From Ignicoccus hospitalis KIN4/I (GTDB lineage: Archaea > Thermoproteota > Thermoprotei_A > Sulfolobales > Ignicoccaceae): a DNA stretch of 32,000 nucleotides. Below are positions 1 to 9,265 of this stretch, piece by piece (the first letter of the stretch is position 1; every line of letters begins with the position of its first letter). The translations under genes were made by a program, and so were the position numbers. The stretch is taken from NCBI RefSeq assembly GCF_000017945.1, contig NC_009776.1, positions 150,001 through 182,000 of the forward strand. The letters are read 5' to 3'. A model generated the notes under the pieces. It was given only the letters and a program-made list of their open reading frames with translations. It had not been told where the DNA came from and did not search any database.

Positions 1-108
1 GAGGAGGAGCGAGGTGGCCGAACTAATGAGGTCGGTCTGGGGCTTGAGGTAGAGGTTTCGAAAGGAAATTAATTTTGAGAAAGTTTGGCCTTAAGCGGAG
101 CAAGGACA

Positions 109-804
109 ATGGTGGAGACGTCTGTAGAGCTGAGCAAAGTGGCGTTTTACGTAATTACGTTGCTACTAGCATTGGCCTTCATACAGTACTCTTTGATCAA
201 TTACAACACTGGAGAACTGTGGTACCCCTTCGTCGCAGGTCCTCTCATGGGGATCTCTTTCCTCCTCTTAGTAGCTATAACGGCCTTCGGAGGAGACTAC
301 CAACTCGCCGCGTTACTGAACATACTGTTTATAGTGTTGACACTGACCGCCTACGCCGTAACCTTCGAAACGTCCTCAATAATCGATTACGAGTACGTAG
401 CGTTCATGCTATCCTTGAACTTGCTGTTGGTAGTATACATGGACAGGAAAGAGGGCAGCGTGGACCTTGCCCCTATGTTCTTGCGCCTCTCGCTCCTCGT
501 GACTTACGTGCCCTTCCTACTATTCGTGCTTTTGGCGTTCAAGTACGGTTACTATTATAGCTACCTAGCTATGATAATGGCATTGATATTATCGCTAAGC
601 AATTTCTTGCTCCTAATTCCAACCTTTACCCAGAGCCTCTTACAAACGCTCGTGTTGGAGTCGTTCGTGATGTTCGTGTTCCTAATTTACGTCCTCGCGT
701 CAAGTCCAATAGGGCCCGACGTGTGCGAGTGGATAATTCGGGCCACACTCCTTTCCAGCTATTTAACCCTATTATGGACCGCCTTTAGGAGCAGATGGGA
801 ATGA
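109..804 (+). CDS. Multi-spanning hydrophobic membrane protein of unknown function (about 7 predicted TM segments)
   Basis: ORF 85..804. In-frame ATG at 109 lies at a plausible distance from an AT-rich box (ttaatttt, about 68-77). Translation shows repeated long hydrophobic stretches. Confidence 0.75.
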   Translation: MVETSVELSKVAFYVITLLLALAFIQYSLINYNTGELWYPFVAGPLMGISFLLLVAITAFGGDYQLAALLNILFIVLTLTAYAVTFETSSIIDYEYVAFMLSLNLLLVVYMDRKEGSVDLAPMFLRLSLLVTYVPFLLFVLLAFKYGYYYSYLAMIMALILSLSNFLLLIPTFTQSLLQTLVLESFVMFVFLIYVLASSPIGPDVCEWIIRATLLSSYLTLLWTAFRSRWE

Positions 805-1592
805 TAACGCTAAGCTGGGGCTCTCTGGCGGCCTTGATTAGGAGGGCGGACGTAGTCGTAGAGACCGTAGACGCCCGGGTGCCGCTCAACACTCGGAGCA
901 GGAGGCTCGAGCGCCTAGTAGAAACCATGGGTAAGCCCGTAATTATAGCCCTGAACAAGGCCGACTTGGTCCCCCGCGAAGTGGCCGAAGAGTGGACGAG
1001 GATCTTTAGGGGGGAGGGTTACGAGGCGGTTTACCTAGCCGCCAGGGAGCACAAGGGAACCCGCGTGCTTAGGAAGAAGATAAACAGAGCGACGGATGTG
1101 AGGCCCGTCGTAGTGGCGGTGGTGGGCTACCCCAAGACCGGGAAGAGTACGGTGATAAACGCCTTAAGGGGGAGGGCCGGCGCGAGCACCTCTCCCGTAC
1201 CCGGCAGCCCAGGCTTCACCAAGAGGCCCGGCCTCTACAGGGGGCCCGGTCAGATATACTTCCTCGACACGCCCGGCGTAATACCGCCCGACGGGAACCC
1301 CCTCGAGAAGACCTTGAGGGGCGCGCCGCCCGAGAAGCTCAAGGACCCGGTTGGCGTCGCCGCGGAGCTCTACAAGTTCATCAAGAAGTACAACCCCGAA
1401 GCCTTCGAAGAGGCTTACGGCTTCGACACCGGAGAGCCCTACTCTTTCTTGGAGGAGCTGGCGAGGAGGAGGGGTTGGTTCTACAAGAGCGATCACGAGC
1501 CGCTGGTGGAGGAAGCGGCCAAAGCCCTTCTCTACGATTACCACAAGGGCAAAATACCGTTCTACGTGCCGCCCGGTGAGTATTGGAGATGA
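795..1592 (+). CDS. Circularly permuted GTPase, YlqF/YawG-type
   Basis: NKAD (G4) precedes the P-loop GYPKTGKS (G1), followed by FLDTPG (G3). This permuted order is typical of the family. Overlaps the upstream ORF end. Confidence 0.9.
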   Translation: MGMITLSWGSLAALIRRADVVVETVDARVPLNTRSRRLERLVETMGKPVIIALNKADLVPREVAEEWTRIFRGEGYEAVYLAAREHKGTRVLRKKINRATDVRPVVVAVVGYPKTGKSTVINALRGRAGASTSPVPGSPGFTKRPGLYRGPGQIYFLDTPGVIPPDGNPLEKTLRGAPPEKLKDPVGVAAELYKFIKKYNPEAFEEAYGFDTGEPYSFLEELARRRGWFYKSDHEPLVEEAAKALLYDYHKGKIPFYVPPGEYWR

Positions 1593-1678
1593 GGAGGGCT
1601 GGTATTGGTGAGCGCGGCGATGAACGCGGATGCCAGGGCCGAGTCCCCCGCTTGCTCGTACTCTATCCTCAGAGGAAG

Positions 1679-2470
1679 ATGCCTCGTTCGGTCCTCATCT
1701 TAGGAGCTTATTTGACCAAGCTAGGCGCGATAACTTCCTTGAAGTCCTACGAGGAGCTCAGTTGCCGCGACTTGGAACGCTTCGACCTGGTCGTCGCTAG
1801 GGGTTTGCCGTACTACTACGACTCCGTGAGGATGCTCTCCTTGATAGAGTGCTTAAGAACAGCGAGGAAGGTGATAAACGACCCGCAAGCCACGCTCGTA
1901 GCGCGCAACAAGTACGTTTCTATGAAAGTGCTCGAATCAAACGGCGTACCGGTACCGAAGACCTTTCTAGTGAGGACTAGGTTCGAATTGCTAGAAAAGG
2001 TAAAGGAGCTAGGCGAAGTCGTCGTAAAGCCTCTCTCCAACAGCCTCGGCTTGGGGGTCAACAGAGTTGACGAGAGGTCCATCCACTACCTAATCCCCCT
2101 GTTGCCTTATACCTTCGACTTGGTCATTCAAGAGTACGTGGAGAAGGTCCGAGACGTCCGGTCCTTCGTGATAGGGAACAGAGCAGTAGCTTCTATGTAT
2201 AGAATATCGCCTTTCAAGTTCGCCACTAACTACGCCCAAGGCTCTGACGTAGACCCGGCGCCTCTCGAAGAGTACTCGGAGATCTCGGTGAAGGCCGTAA
2301 GGGCGTTGGGGCTGAGCTACGGCGGCGTGGACTTGGTGGAGAGCCCCGAGGGCCCCAAGGTAATAGAAGTTAACCCGTCCCCCCTCTGGTTCGGGGTCTC
2401 GAGGGCTTGTAACGTCGACGTTGGGTTCGAGCTGGCGAAGTTCTTGTTTGAGGAGGCCTGTGAGGACTAG
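1679..2470 (+). CDS. RimK/LysX-like ATP-grasp ligase, substrate unknown
   Basis: ORF 1583..2470 with the likely start at ATG 1679 (MPRSVLILGAY). ATP-grasp features: VVKPLSNSLGLGV, LVIQEYVE, GGVDLVESPEGPKVIEVNPSP. Confidence 0.8.
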   Translation: MPRSVLILGAYLTKLGAITSLKSYEELSCRDLERFDLVVARGLPYYYDSVRMLSLIECLRTARKVINDPQATLVARNKYVSMKVLESNGVPVPKTFLVRTRFELLEKVKELGEVVVKPLSNSLGLGVNRVDERSIHYLIPLLPYTFDLVIQEYVEKVRDVRSFVIGNRAVASMYRISPFKFATNYAQGSDVDPAPLEEYSEISVKAVRALGLSYGGVDLVESPEGPKVIEVNPSPLWFGVSRACNVDVGFELAKFLFEEACED

Positions 2471-2549
2471 ACGGGACCCGATCGGTGAGGAGCAGGCTAG
2501 GATCCGAGGCACAAAGTTTATTAAAGGTTCGTGGCTCCCATGCCCCGGA

Positions 2550-2637
2550 GCCGGGGTCGCCTAGCCTGGCCAGGGCGCCGGCCTGCTAAGCCGGTGGGGG
2601 AAACCCCGCGCGGGTTCAAATCCCGCCCCCGGCGCCA
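2550..2637 (+). tRNA. tRNA-Ser (GCT)
   Basis: Acceptor GCCGGGG/CCCCGGC, anticodon stem CCGGC/GCCGG with loop CTGCTAA, long variable arm (GGGG/CCCC), T arm GCGGGTTCAAATCCCGC, encoded CCA. TATA-like tttattaaa about 30 nt upstream. Confidence 0.95.
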
Positions 2638-2730
2638 TCCTTCCCGCCGCTCACTCAAATCCTCGAAACCTACGAAAAAAGGAACTCACGCTAGGAGAGT
2701 ATTGAGGATCAACATTAATAAAAATGTCCT

Positions 2731-3093
2731 TTAGTGAAGGCTCTCCTCGACGGCCCTCAACGCCTCCTCTATAGTGGTCCTAGGCTTGACTCTCACTACC
2801 ACTTTTCCGTGTTTCTTCATGAAGTCTTCCCCTCCGGGGCCGAAGACGGTGTAAACGAATATGTCGCAGTCCTTGTTAAGTTCTAATATTTTCTGTCTCT
2901 TCTCCAAGGTGTTGTGTTCGTGCTCGTGTTCTTCGTCCTCCTTGTAAGGGTTCACTACCTCGCTAACCAAGGTCCACCCGTCTTCTCCTTTTACGTAATG
3001 CAAGTAATACTTAGCGTCGCCGAAGTGGCCGAGCTTTACGGTCTTCTTGTCGTCCGTGGGTATTACGACGCACACCATTTCCCGTCCCGGCAT
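2731..3093 (-). CDS. Dinitrogenase iron-molybdenum cofactor biosynthesis (NifX/NifB C-terminal-like) family protein
   Basis: VVIPTDDKKTVKLGHFGDAKYYLHY and a late FGPGGEDFMKKHG segment resemble the family. Start position uncertain. Confidence 0.7.
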   Translation of the reverse strand: MPGREMVCVVIPTDDKKTVKLGHFGDAKYYLHYVKGEDGWTLVSEVVNPYKEDEEHEHEHNTLEKRQKILELNKDCDIFVYTVFGPGGEDFMKKHGKVVVRVKPRTTIEEALRAVEESLH

Positions 3094-3124
3094 TCCGGGG
3101 ACGGACCGGTTAGATAAACCTAAT

Positions 3125-3502
3125 TCAGTCGAAGCCCGGCCCCCTGAGCCTTAGTATGTCCCACTCCTCCGCCGCTTCTACCAACCACCCGGCCAAGATT
3201 TTGGCCATCTCCCTCTTGGCTTCCTCTTCGTCTTCAATGGGGTAATCCGCATTCCGGAAAGCCTCCAAGGCCATTTCTGCATTTATCTTGTTTAAGAAGT
3301 GCTCTTCCAACTCCTTTAATAAGTCTATAAGCCTCATTTTGTCTTTAGCTACCTTCCTTAAGTAATTGAAATCGTCCTCGCTTAGGAAGGCCTTGTCGTA
3401 CCATTCAGTACCCTTGACCAGTTCCAAGTAGTGCTTCAGCGGTTCGTAGTTCCTCACTATCTTGCCGGAGCTCGCGAAAGGTCTCCACGGGAGCTCTACC
3501 AA
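3125..3502 (-). CDS. Hypothetical protein
   Basis: 125-aa charged ORF in a consistent intergenic slot. Confidence 0.6.
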   Translation of the reverse strand: MVELPWRPFASSGKIVRNYEPLKHYLELVKGTEWYDKAFLSEDDFNYLRKVAKDKMRLIDLLKELEEHFLNKINAEMALEAFRNADYPIEDEEEAKREMAKILAGWLVEAAEEWDILRLRGPGFD

Positions 3503-3561
3503 GGCTGGATCACGCTCAAGCGTAAGTTCGGCACTGGCTGTATATAAGATATAGAGGGAAG

Positions 3562-3639
3562 TGTGGCGCCGCGGCCGGGATTTGAACCCGGGTCACGGGC
3601 TTGACAGGCCCGCATACTGGGCCAGGCTATACTACCGCG
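3562..3639 (-). tRNA. tRNA-Asp (GTC)
   Basis: Minus strand reads GCCGCGGTAGTATAGCC...CGGGCCTGTCAAGCCCG...CCCGGGTTCAAATCCCGG CCGCGGC G CCA. Intact cloverleaf with anticodon GTC. Confidence 0.95.
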
Positions 3640-3738
3640 GCACTTCCCGCGCGTTCGGGAGAGCATACCGTTTAAAAATTTTGTGCGACGGGAGAGCGCA
3701 AAAACTGAAGGAGGCGAAAGGCCCTAGGGCCCACTGAC

Positions 3739-5517
3739 TTGTGCGGCATTGCCGGCATAGCGGCTAGGGAAGAGTACTACGACGACGTCTTGAAGGAACT
3801 AATAAGGTTGCTCGAGTCCTTGGAGTACAGGGGTTACGACTCCGCCGGGATCGCAGTCTATGACGTAGATTCCAAGAAAATAAGGGTTTGGAAGAAGAAG
3901 GGTAAGGTAGCGGACCTAGTTAAGCTGCTAAGGTCCCAGCTGGGCGACTTCAAGCTCAAGGCCAGCGTGGGCATAGCTCACACCCGCTGGGCCACGCACG
4001 GCGAGCCGAAGGATGAGAACGCGCACCCCCATATTGATTGTGAGGGCAAAGTTGCGGTCGTCCACAACGGAATAATTTCAAACTACAAAGAGCTCAAGCG
4101 AGAGCTCGAGGCGAGGGGTCACTCGTTCAGAAGCGAGACGGACACGGAGGTCTTTGCACACCTATTCGAGGAAGAGCTAAAACGTAAGGAACCCTTTGAG
4201 GCCTTCAAGGCAGCCGTCGCACGTCTCGAGGGGTACTACGCAATAGTTGCGATAACTTCCCTCGAGCCGCACAAGGTGTTCTTCGCGCGTAAGGAGAGCC
4301 CCTTAGTGGTGGGAAGGGGGCCTAAAGGGAATTACGTCTCCAGCGACGTCGTCAGCTTGGTGGGCAACTGTTGGGAGGTATCGCCTTTATACGACGACGA
4401 CGTAGGGTGGATGAACGATAAGGAGATCTACGTTGAGAGGGGAGGCGTGCGGAGGCGTTTGAGTTTCATCAAGCCTACATGGAGCCCCGTCCAAGCCCAG
4501 AAGGGAAGCTACGAATACTTCATGCTCAAGGAAATACACGAGCAACCTCAGGTGGTCAAGGAGACTCTGATATCAATAGCTTCGGAGTGGGACAAGGTGG
4601 AGGAGGTCGTAAACCTTCTCGAAGGCTGGGCGGTGGTGGTCGCCGCCGGCACCTCCTACCACGCCGGCTTGATATTCTCGTATAACGTAATGAAAGAGAC
4701 CGGAAGATATATTCCAGTCATAGACGCCAGCGAGGCGCCCCACTTTTCTAAATTGCTCAAGGGAACGGTCGTAGCTATAAGTCAGAGCGGTGAAACGTAT
4801 GACACCCTCAAGGCCGTGAGGATTGCTAAGGAAAACGGGGCAAAGGTTGTAGGAGTGGTTAACGTGGTGGGCTCTACCCTAGACAGAGAGGCGGACGTGA
4901 GCCTTTACACTAGGGCCGGGCCGGAGATAGGCGTAGCCGCTACAAAGACCTTCTTAACGCAGTTGAGCGTCTTGAATGCGTTGGTCGCTAGGATGGTCGG
5001 GGAGGGCGCGAACAGGGTAAGGGAGATGGCGAACGAGCTCAGCAAGATAACTAAAGAGAGCATAGAGGTCAGCGCCGGCTACGCTAAGGGGCTTGCCGAT
5101 CAACTGTACACCAAGCGGGACATGTACGTCCTGGGGACGGGGATTTCTTACCCAGTTGCGATGGAAGGTGCATTGAAAATTAAAGAGATATCCTACGTCC
5201 ACGCGGAGGCCTACCCCGCCGGCGAGGCTAAGCACGGTCCCATAGCCTTGGCGGAGCCGGGTTTCCCCGTCCTCTTAGTCTGGACCCCGGAGGACGTCGA
5301 AAAGTTAGAGGTGGCCGAGAAAGAGTTCGAGAGCAGGGGAAGCGAGGTCTACTGGGTGGCCCCGAGAGGGGACGTCCCGATCCCCGAAGTCGATTGGAAG
5401 TACGTCCCCTTTGCCTTGACACCGCCCTTGCAGCTGTTGTCGTACTACATGGCAGTTAAGAAGGGCTTGGACCCCGACAAGCCTAGGAACTTGGCGAAGA
5501 GCGTCACAGTTCATTAA
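3739..5517 (+). CDS. glmS: Glutamine--fructose-6-phosphate aminotransferase (isomerizing)
   Basis: TTG start followed by CGIAGIAA (catalytic Cys1), EYRGYDSAG, HTRWATHG, two SIS domains (ISQSGETYDT), C-terminal NLAKSVTVH. Confidence 0.96.
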   Translation: MCGIAGIAAREEYYDDVLKELIRLLESLEYRGYDSAGIAVYDVDSKKIRVWKKKGKVADLVKLLRSQLGDFKLKASVGIAHTRWATHGEPKDENAHPHIDCEGKVAVVHNGIISNYKELKRELEARGHSFRSETDTEVFAHLFEEELKRKEPFEAFKAAVARLEGYYAIVAITSLEPHKVFFARKESPLVVGRGPKGNYVSSDVVSLVGNCWEVSPLYDDDVGWMNDKEIYVERGGVRRRLSFIKPTWSPVQAQKGSYEYFMLKEIHEQPQVVKETLISIASEWDKVEEVVNLLEGWAVVVAAGTSYHAGLIFSYNVMKETGRYIPVIDASEAPHFSKLLKGTVVAISQSGETYDTLKAVRIAKENGAKVVGVVNVVGSTLDREADVSLYTRAGPEIGVAATKTFLTQLSVLNALVARMVGEGANRVREMANELSKITKESIEVSAGYAKGLADQLYTKRDMYVLGTGISYPVAMEGALKIKEISYVHAEAYPAGEAKHGPIALAEPGFPVLLVWTPEDVEKLEVAEKEFESRGSEVYWVAPRGDVPIPEVDWKYVPFALTPPLQLLSYYMAVKKGLDPDKPRNLAKSVTVH

Positions 5518-5573
5518 GCTTACTCCAACCTTAATCAGCGCTCCTCCGTAAGTCTGGCGCGGGACTTCAAGGC

Positions 5574-6308
5574 TTGTTGGAAACAGCTGTCCTAACGTCT
5601 TCCAGCGGAGGCTGCGGGAAGACTCTGTTGGGCGCCGAACTGGCGAGGAGGGGTTACGTCGTGCTGACCGCCTCTCCTATAACTAACTACTTGAACTCTT
5701 ACAGAGTTATGGAAAGGTACGAGATCTACGACGCCCTCAAGGCTTACGTCGATGAGGGCGCTTGTGATAGGTGCGGGGAGTGTTTGGAAGCTTGCACGAA
5801 GGGGGCGATAACGGAGGACTTTAAGGTAATAGAAGGTTTGTGCGAGGGCTGCCCGGCTTGCGCCTACGCTTGCCCCAGGGGAGCGATCAAGTTCAAACAG
5901 ACCAAAGGCGCAGAGTACGAAATAATCAAGGTTGAAGAGGGCTTTGTCATAGAGGTACGCGTGGAGCCTGGCCTCAACGAGCTCAGCTACTTGCTCGGCT
6001 TAATGGGGGTCGCGCGGAGGTTGGCGGAGGACAACGGAATCGGAACAGTTCTAGTGGAGACGAGGGCTCGGTTGCCGGCGCAGAAGGGCTTGTTCTTTGT
6101 TAGGAAACACCCGGGGGCGGAGGACCAAGTGAAGGAGTTCGAGCTGCGCTCGACCGGCTACGAGAGGGACGCGGCGGTAGTCGTCAATGTGGGCCTCGGA
6201 GACTTCGATGTTAACACGTCTTTAAAGAAGTTCTACATGCCTCATAAAGAAGACCCAAGCTTCAGCACCTTTGTCGAGGAGGTGGTAGAATGGTTAGAGT
6301 CGCGGTAG
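5574..6308 (+). CDS. MinD-superfamily-like P-loop ATPase with inserted dicluster ferredoxin domain
   Basis: N-terminal SSSGGCGKT P-loop, then CDRCGECLEACTKGAI and CEGCPACAYACPRGAI. Overlaps the downstream paralog. Confidence 0.85.
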   Translation: MLETAVLTSSSGGCGKTLLGAELARRGYVVLTASPITNYLNSYRVMERYEIYDALKAYVDEGACDRCGECLEACTKGAITEDFKVIEGLCEGCPACAYACPRGAIKFKQTKGAEYEIIKVEEGFVIEVRVEPGLNELSYLLGLMGVARRLAEDNGIGTVLVETRARLPAQKGLFFVRKHPGAEDQVKEFELRSTGYERDAAVVVNVGLGDFDVNTSLKKFYMPHKEDPSFSTFVEEVVEWLESR

Positions 6309-6925
6309 TCGGCTTGGGAGGGGAGGGGAAGACTCTGCTCTCCCTCAAGCTCGCCGAGCTCCTAGGGGCTGTCCCGGTAGAAGCTAAGGAGGTATGCGAG
6401 CTCCACTACTTCATCCGCGCGCCGAGGGTCCTCATCAAGACCGTGGAATCGTTCTACCCGGCGGTCGTTAAGGACAAATGCTTGAGGTGTAACTTGTGCG
6501 CGGCGGCTTGTCCGGACAAGGCTATGTTGCGGGACGAGGAGGGCTATCCGAGCTCGGTACCCGACTTGTGCAGTTCGTGCACCTCATGCTTCTGGGCGTG
6601 TCCGCACGGGGCCTTAGAGAGGCGCTCGAAGGTCGTAGCGAAAATATATAAGGTAGGAAAGGCTCTACAGCTCGAAGGTAAGTTCTTGAAGGGTCTGCTG
6701 AAGGACCTCGACTCCCTAGCGGGCAGCTCGTGGGTCCTCGACGCAGAACGCCCGGAGTACGCGCTCTTCGCAGACGCCGCGCTGGTCGTCAGCAGAGATC
6801 CAAAGCGGCGCGCGAGAGCCTTGCAGCTGGCCAACTTCCTCGAGAAGAACGGCACGCGCGCGGTCGTGGTGAACCCCGAGGAGCAGGGCGCGGAGGAAGT
6901 ACTCGACTTTCTCAATCATTTATAA
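6290..6925 (+). CDS. Second P-loop ATPase with inserted dicluster ferredoxin domain
   Basis: GLGGEGKT P-loop, then CLRCNLCAAACPDKAM and CSSCTSCFWACPHGAL. Overlaps the upstream gene by 19 bp. Confidence 0.85.
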   Translation: MVRVAVVGLGGEGKTLLSLKLAELLGAVPVEAKEVCELHYFIRAPRVLIKTVESFYPAVVKDKCLRCNLCAAACPDKAMLRDEEGYPSSVPDLCSSCTSCFWACPHGALERRSKVVAKIYKVGKALQLEGKFLKGLLKDLDSLAGSSWVLDAERPEYALFADAALVVSRDPKRRARALQLANFLEKNGTRAVVVNPEEQGAEEVLDFLNHL

Positions 6926-6958
6926 TCCCCCTCGGACCGGCTAGCCCGGTGAAAGGTC

Positions 6959-7252
6959 GTGGCCGCTCAGATACCCCAAAGCAACGAGGTTAGGGTCGGT
7001 AAGAAGCCCGTCATGAACTACGTGCTGGCGACCCTGACCCTCCTGAACCAGGGTGTGGACAGGATAGAGATAAAGGCCAGGGGTAGGGCCATAAGCAAGG
7101 CGGTAGACACCGTGGAGATAGTGAGGAACAGGTTCCTGCCCGGCCAAGTGAGGGTCGCTGAGATAAGGATCGGCAGCCAGACCGTGACCAGCGCCGACGG
7201 CAGGCAGAGCAGGATAAGCACCATAGACATAGTCTTGGAGAGGGTCAAGTAA
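6959..7252 (+). CDS. Alba DNA/RNA-binding chromatin protein
   Basis: [49 protein letters not shown] is a characteristic Alba sequence. Confidence 0.95.
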   Translation: MAAQIPQSNEVRVGKKPVMNYVLATLTLLNQGVDRIEIKARGRAISKAVDTVEIVRNRFLPGQVRVAEIRIGSQTVTSADGRQSRISTIDIVLERVK

Positions 7253-7310
7253 GTCCGAACGAACCAAGCTATTTTTAGGCGCAAACTCTAAGCCTTACTA
7301 CGGGGCTAGC

Positions 7311-7631
7311 TTGGAGGAAACGAAAAAGGTAACCGTGTTCGAGGGCGAGGCTCGAATAGGTCTCATGAAGGTACCTACGCTAACCATCACCCTGGAGCCG
7401 GAGGACTTCGAGTCTCCCCTGTCCTTCCAAATGGCGCTAAGTAAGCTTATGGATGAGTTGACGAAAGCCTTTGAGAACCCTCCTGAGAGCAAGTACTTTG
7501 CAGAAGTGAAGTTCAGAGATCACTTAAACAGACCGGTGTTCGTCGCTGTCGACTTAGGCAAGAGTATACCTCCCTTCAGCAAGAATAAGGTGAAGGCAAG
7601 AATTGTGGTGGAGATCTACGAGGAAGAGTGA
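7311..7631 (+). CDS. Hypothetical protein
   Basis: 106-aa ORF beginning MEETKKVTVFEGEARIGL. Converges on and overlaps the 3' end of the next minus-strand ORF. Confidence 0.65.
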   Translation: MEETKKVTVFEGEARIGLMKVPTLTITLEPEDFESPLSFQMALSKLMDELTKAFENPPESKYFAEVKFRDHLNRPVFVAVDLGKSIPPFSKNKVKARIVVEIYEEE

Positions 7632-7888
7632 CGCCCCTTCCGGGCTTCCAAGTACTCCTCCGTCCTCTTGCCAAGCCACTCCTCGAGGTCTACTATGGCG
7701 TACTCGAAGTTCCCCCTCTTCTCCAACAGTCCAAGCTTCGTCAGCCTCTTTATTATGTTAAGGGCGACCTTCCTCGAGAAGTAGGGAGACAAGACCTCTA
7801 GGCCCTCTCCCAGGTTAAAGCGGTCCCCGAAGCGCTTCTTGAGCAAATAGTAAACGCTCATCTCCCTCTTGTTTGGCCAGAAGCCCAT
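7616..7888 (-). CDS. Probable winged-helix-like small protein
   Basis: VALNIIKRLTKLGLLEKRGNFEYAI looks like a wHTH recognition helix and wing. 90 aa. Confidence 0.55.
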   Translation of the reverse strand: MGFWPNKREMSVYYLLKKRFGDRFNLGEGLEVLSPYFSRKVALNIIKRLTKLGLLEKRGNFEYAIVDLEEWLGKRTEEYLEARKGRHSSS

Positions 7889-7891
7889 TCC

Positions 7892-8599
7892 CTACACCAG
7901 ATCCTTGAGGCGCAGCTTGCCGGAATATAAAGCCATCCCCAAAACGACCACGTCCGCCCCGGCGCTCTCCAAGAGCTTCACGTGCTCCGGACTCCCCACG
8001 CCCCCGGCGTACTCTAGGAGCTTGTCCGGGTACTCCCTTCTAATGTACTTGACGCCGCTCACGTCGGGCCCTTCCATAGTTCCTTCAGTGTCCACGTAAG
8101 TGTAGAGGAAACCCCTAAAGGACCTTCCCTTAAACTTCTCGAGTGCCTCCTTCAGACCTACGGGTATCTCTTCCTTCCATCCTTCGACGCTTACCTTGCC
8201 TCCTTTCAAGTCTATTGCGACGATTACCTTGTCCGCCCCGACCGCTTCCGAGGCGACCTCTAGGAACTCCGGATCCTTGTGGGCCCTACTACCAATGACG
8301 AATGCGTCTGCTTTAGGGTAGCGCTCTAAGTGTTCTACTTCCCTTAAGCCCCCTGCGACTTGGACCCACAGCCCGTACTCCTTCGCCTTCTCTATTACTT
8401 TGTTTATCACCTCAACGTTTATCGGCTTTCCTGCCTCTGCGCCGTCCAAGTCTACTACGTGAAGCCCCTTGGCTCCCTCGAGCGCCCAGAATTCGGCCCA
8501 CTTGACCGGATCGCCCAGGTCCAAGCCGGTGCCCTTGACACCCCTTACCCTCTTTACTGCCCGCCCCTCCGACACGTCTATGCTAGGAAAAACCCTCAT
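7892..8599 (-). CDS. hisA: Phosphoribosylformimino-5-aminoimidazole carboxamide ribotide isomerase (HisA) family
   Basis: FPSIDVSEGRAVKRVRG, HVVDLDGA, QVAGGLR, VIVAIDLKGGKV, YAGGVGS are HisA TIM-barrel motifs. Confidence 0.85.
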   Translation of the reverse strand: MRVFPSIDVSEGRAVKRVRGVKGTGLDLGDPVKWAEFWALEGAKGLHVVDLDGAEAGKPINVEVINKVIEKAKEYGLWVQVAGGLREVEHLERYPKADAFVIGSRAHKDPEFLEVASEAVGADKVIVAIDLKGGKVSVEGWKEEIPVGLKEALEKFKGRSFRGFLYTYVDTEGTMEGPDVSGVKYIRREYPDKLLEYAGGVGSPEHVKLLESAGADVVVLGMALYSGKLRLKDLV

Positions 8600-8650
8600 T
8601 TCCGTCCAGCCGGGGGGACCGGACGGCGGGTGAGGTAAATACTGGAGGTC

Positions 8651-9265
8651 TTGAACCTCCTGGCTAAGGGAGCCGAGGCGGAGGTTTACTTAGCGAAGTA
8701 CTGGGGTTGCAAGGCCGTTTACAAGGTTAGGAAGCCTAAGGCTTACAGACACCCAAAGCTGGACTTGAGGCTGAGGTACGAGAGGACCCGTAACGAGTTT
8801 AACAACATGCTTAGGGCATACAAAGAAGGTATGAACGTACCGACGCCTTACGACGTCGATTACAACGAGTATTCGATCGTTATGGAATATATCGAGGGAA
8901 CCCCTTTGAGCGAGAAGGTGGAGGCGTGGGCGATAGAGGAGGCCGGGAGACAGCTCGCGATCTTACACTCAGCGGACATAGCTCATTGGGACTACACCAC
9001 GGCAAACTTGATAATTAAGGGCAGAAAGCTGTTTATAATAGATTTCGGATTGTCGAGGAAGACGAAGTCGGACATAGAGAAAGCTATAGATGCACACTTG
9101 ATGATAAGGTCTTTCCTCAGCGCGCACCCGGGGAGGGAGGACTTGGTAGACCGCTTCTGGAAGGGCTATTCTGAGTTCGGCGAGGCGGAGAAGATGAGGG
9201 AGCTGACCAAACAAATAGAGCTCTTGGGCCGCTACGTAAAGGAGAGGAGGAAGACCGTATGGTAA
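8651..9265 (+). CDS. bud32: KEOPS-associated kinase Bud32 (stand-alone)
   Basis: TTG start after a tggaggt SD. Motifs: LAKGAEAEVY, VYKVRKPKAYRHP, ILHSADIAHWDYTTANLI, FIIDFGLS. Confidence 0.92.
   Translation: MNLLAKGAEAEVYLAKYWGCKAVYKVRKPKAYRHPKLDLRLRYERTRNEFNNMLRAYKEGMNVPTPYDVDYNEYSIVMEYIEGTPLSEKVEAWAIEEAGRQLAILHSADIAHWDYTTANLIIKGRKLFIIDFGLSRKTKSDIEKAIDAHLMIRSFLSAHPGREDLVDRFWKGYSEFGEAEKMRELTKQIELLGRYVKERRKTVW

Noticed and set aside
4954-5514. Antisense ORFs 4954..5235, 5228..5422, 5305..5514 over glmS
   Set aside because: glmS is unequivocal on the plus strand; these are codon-bias shadows.
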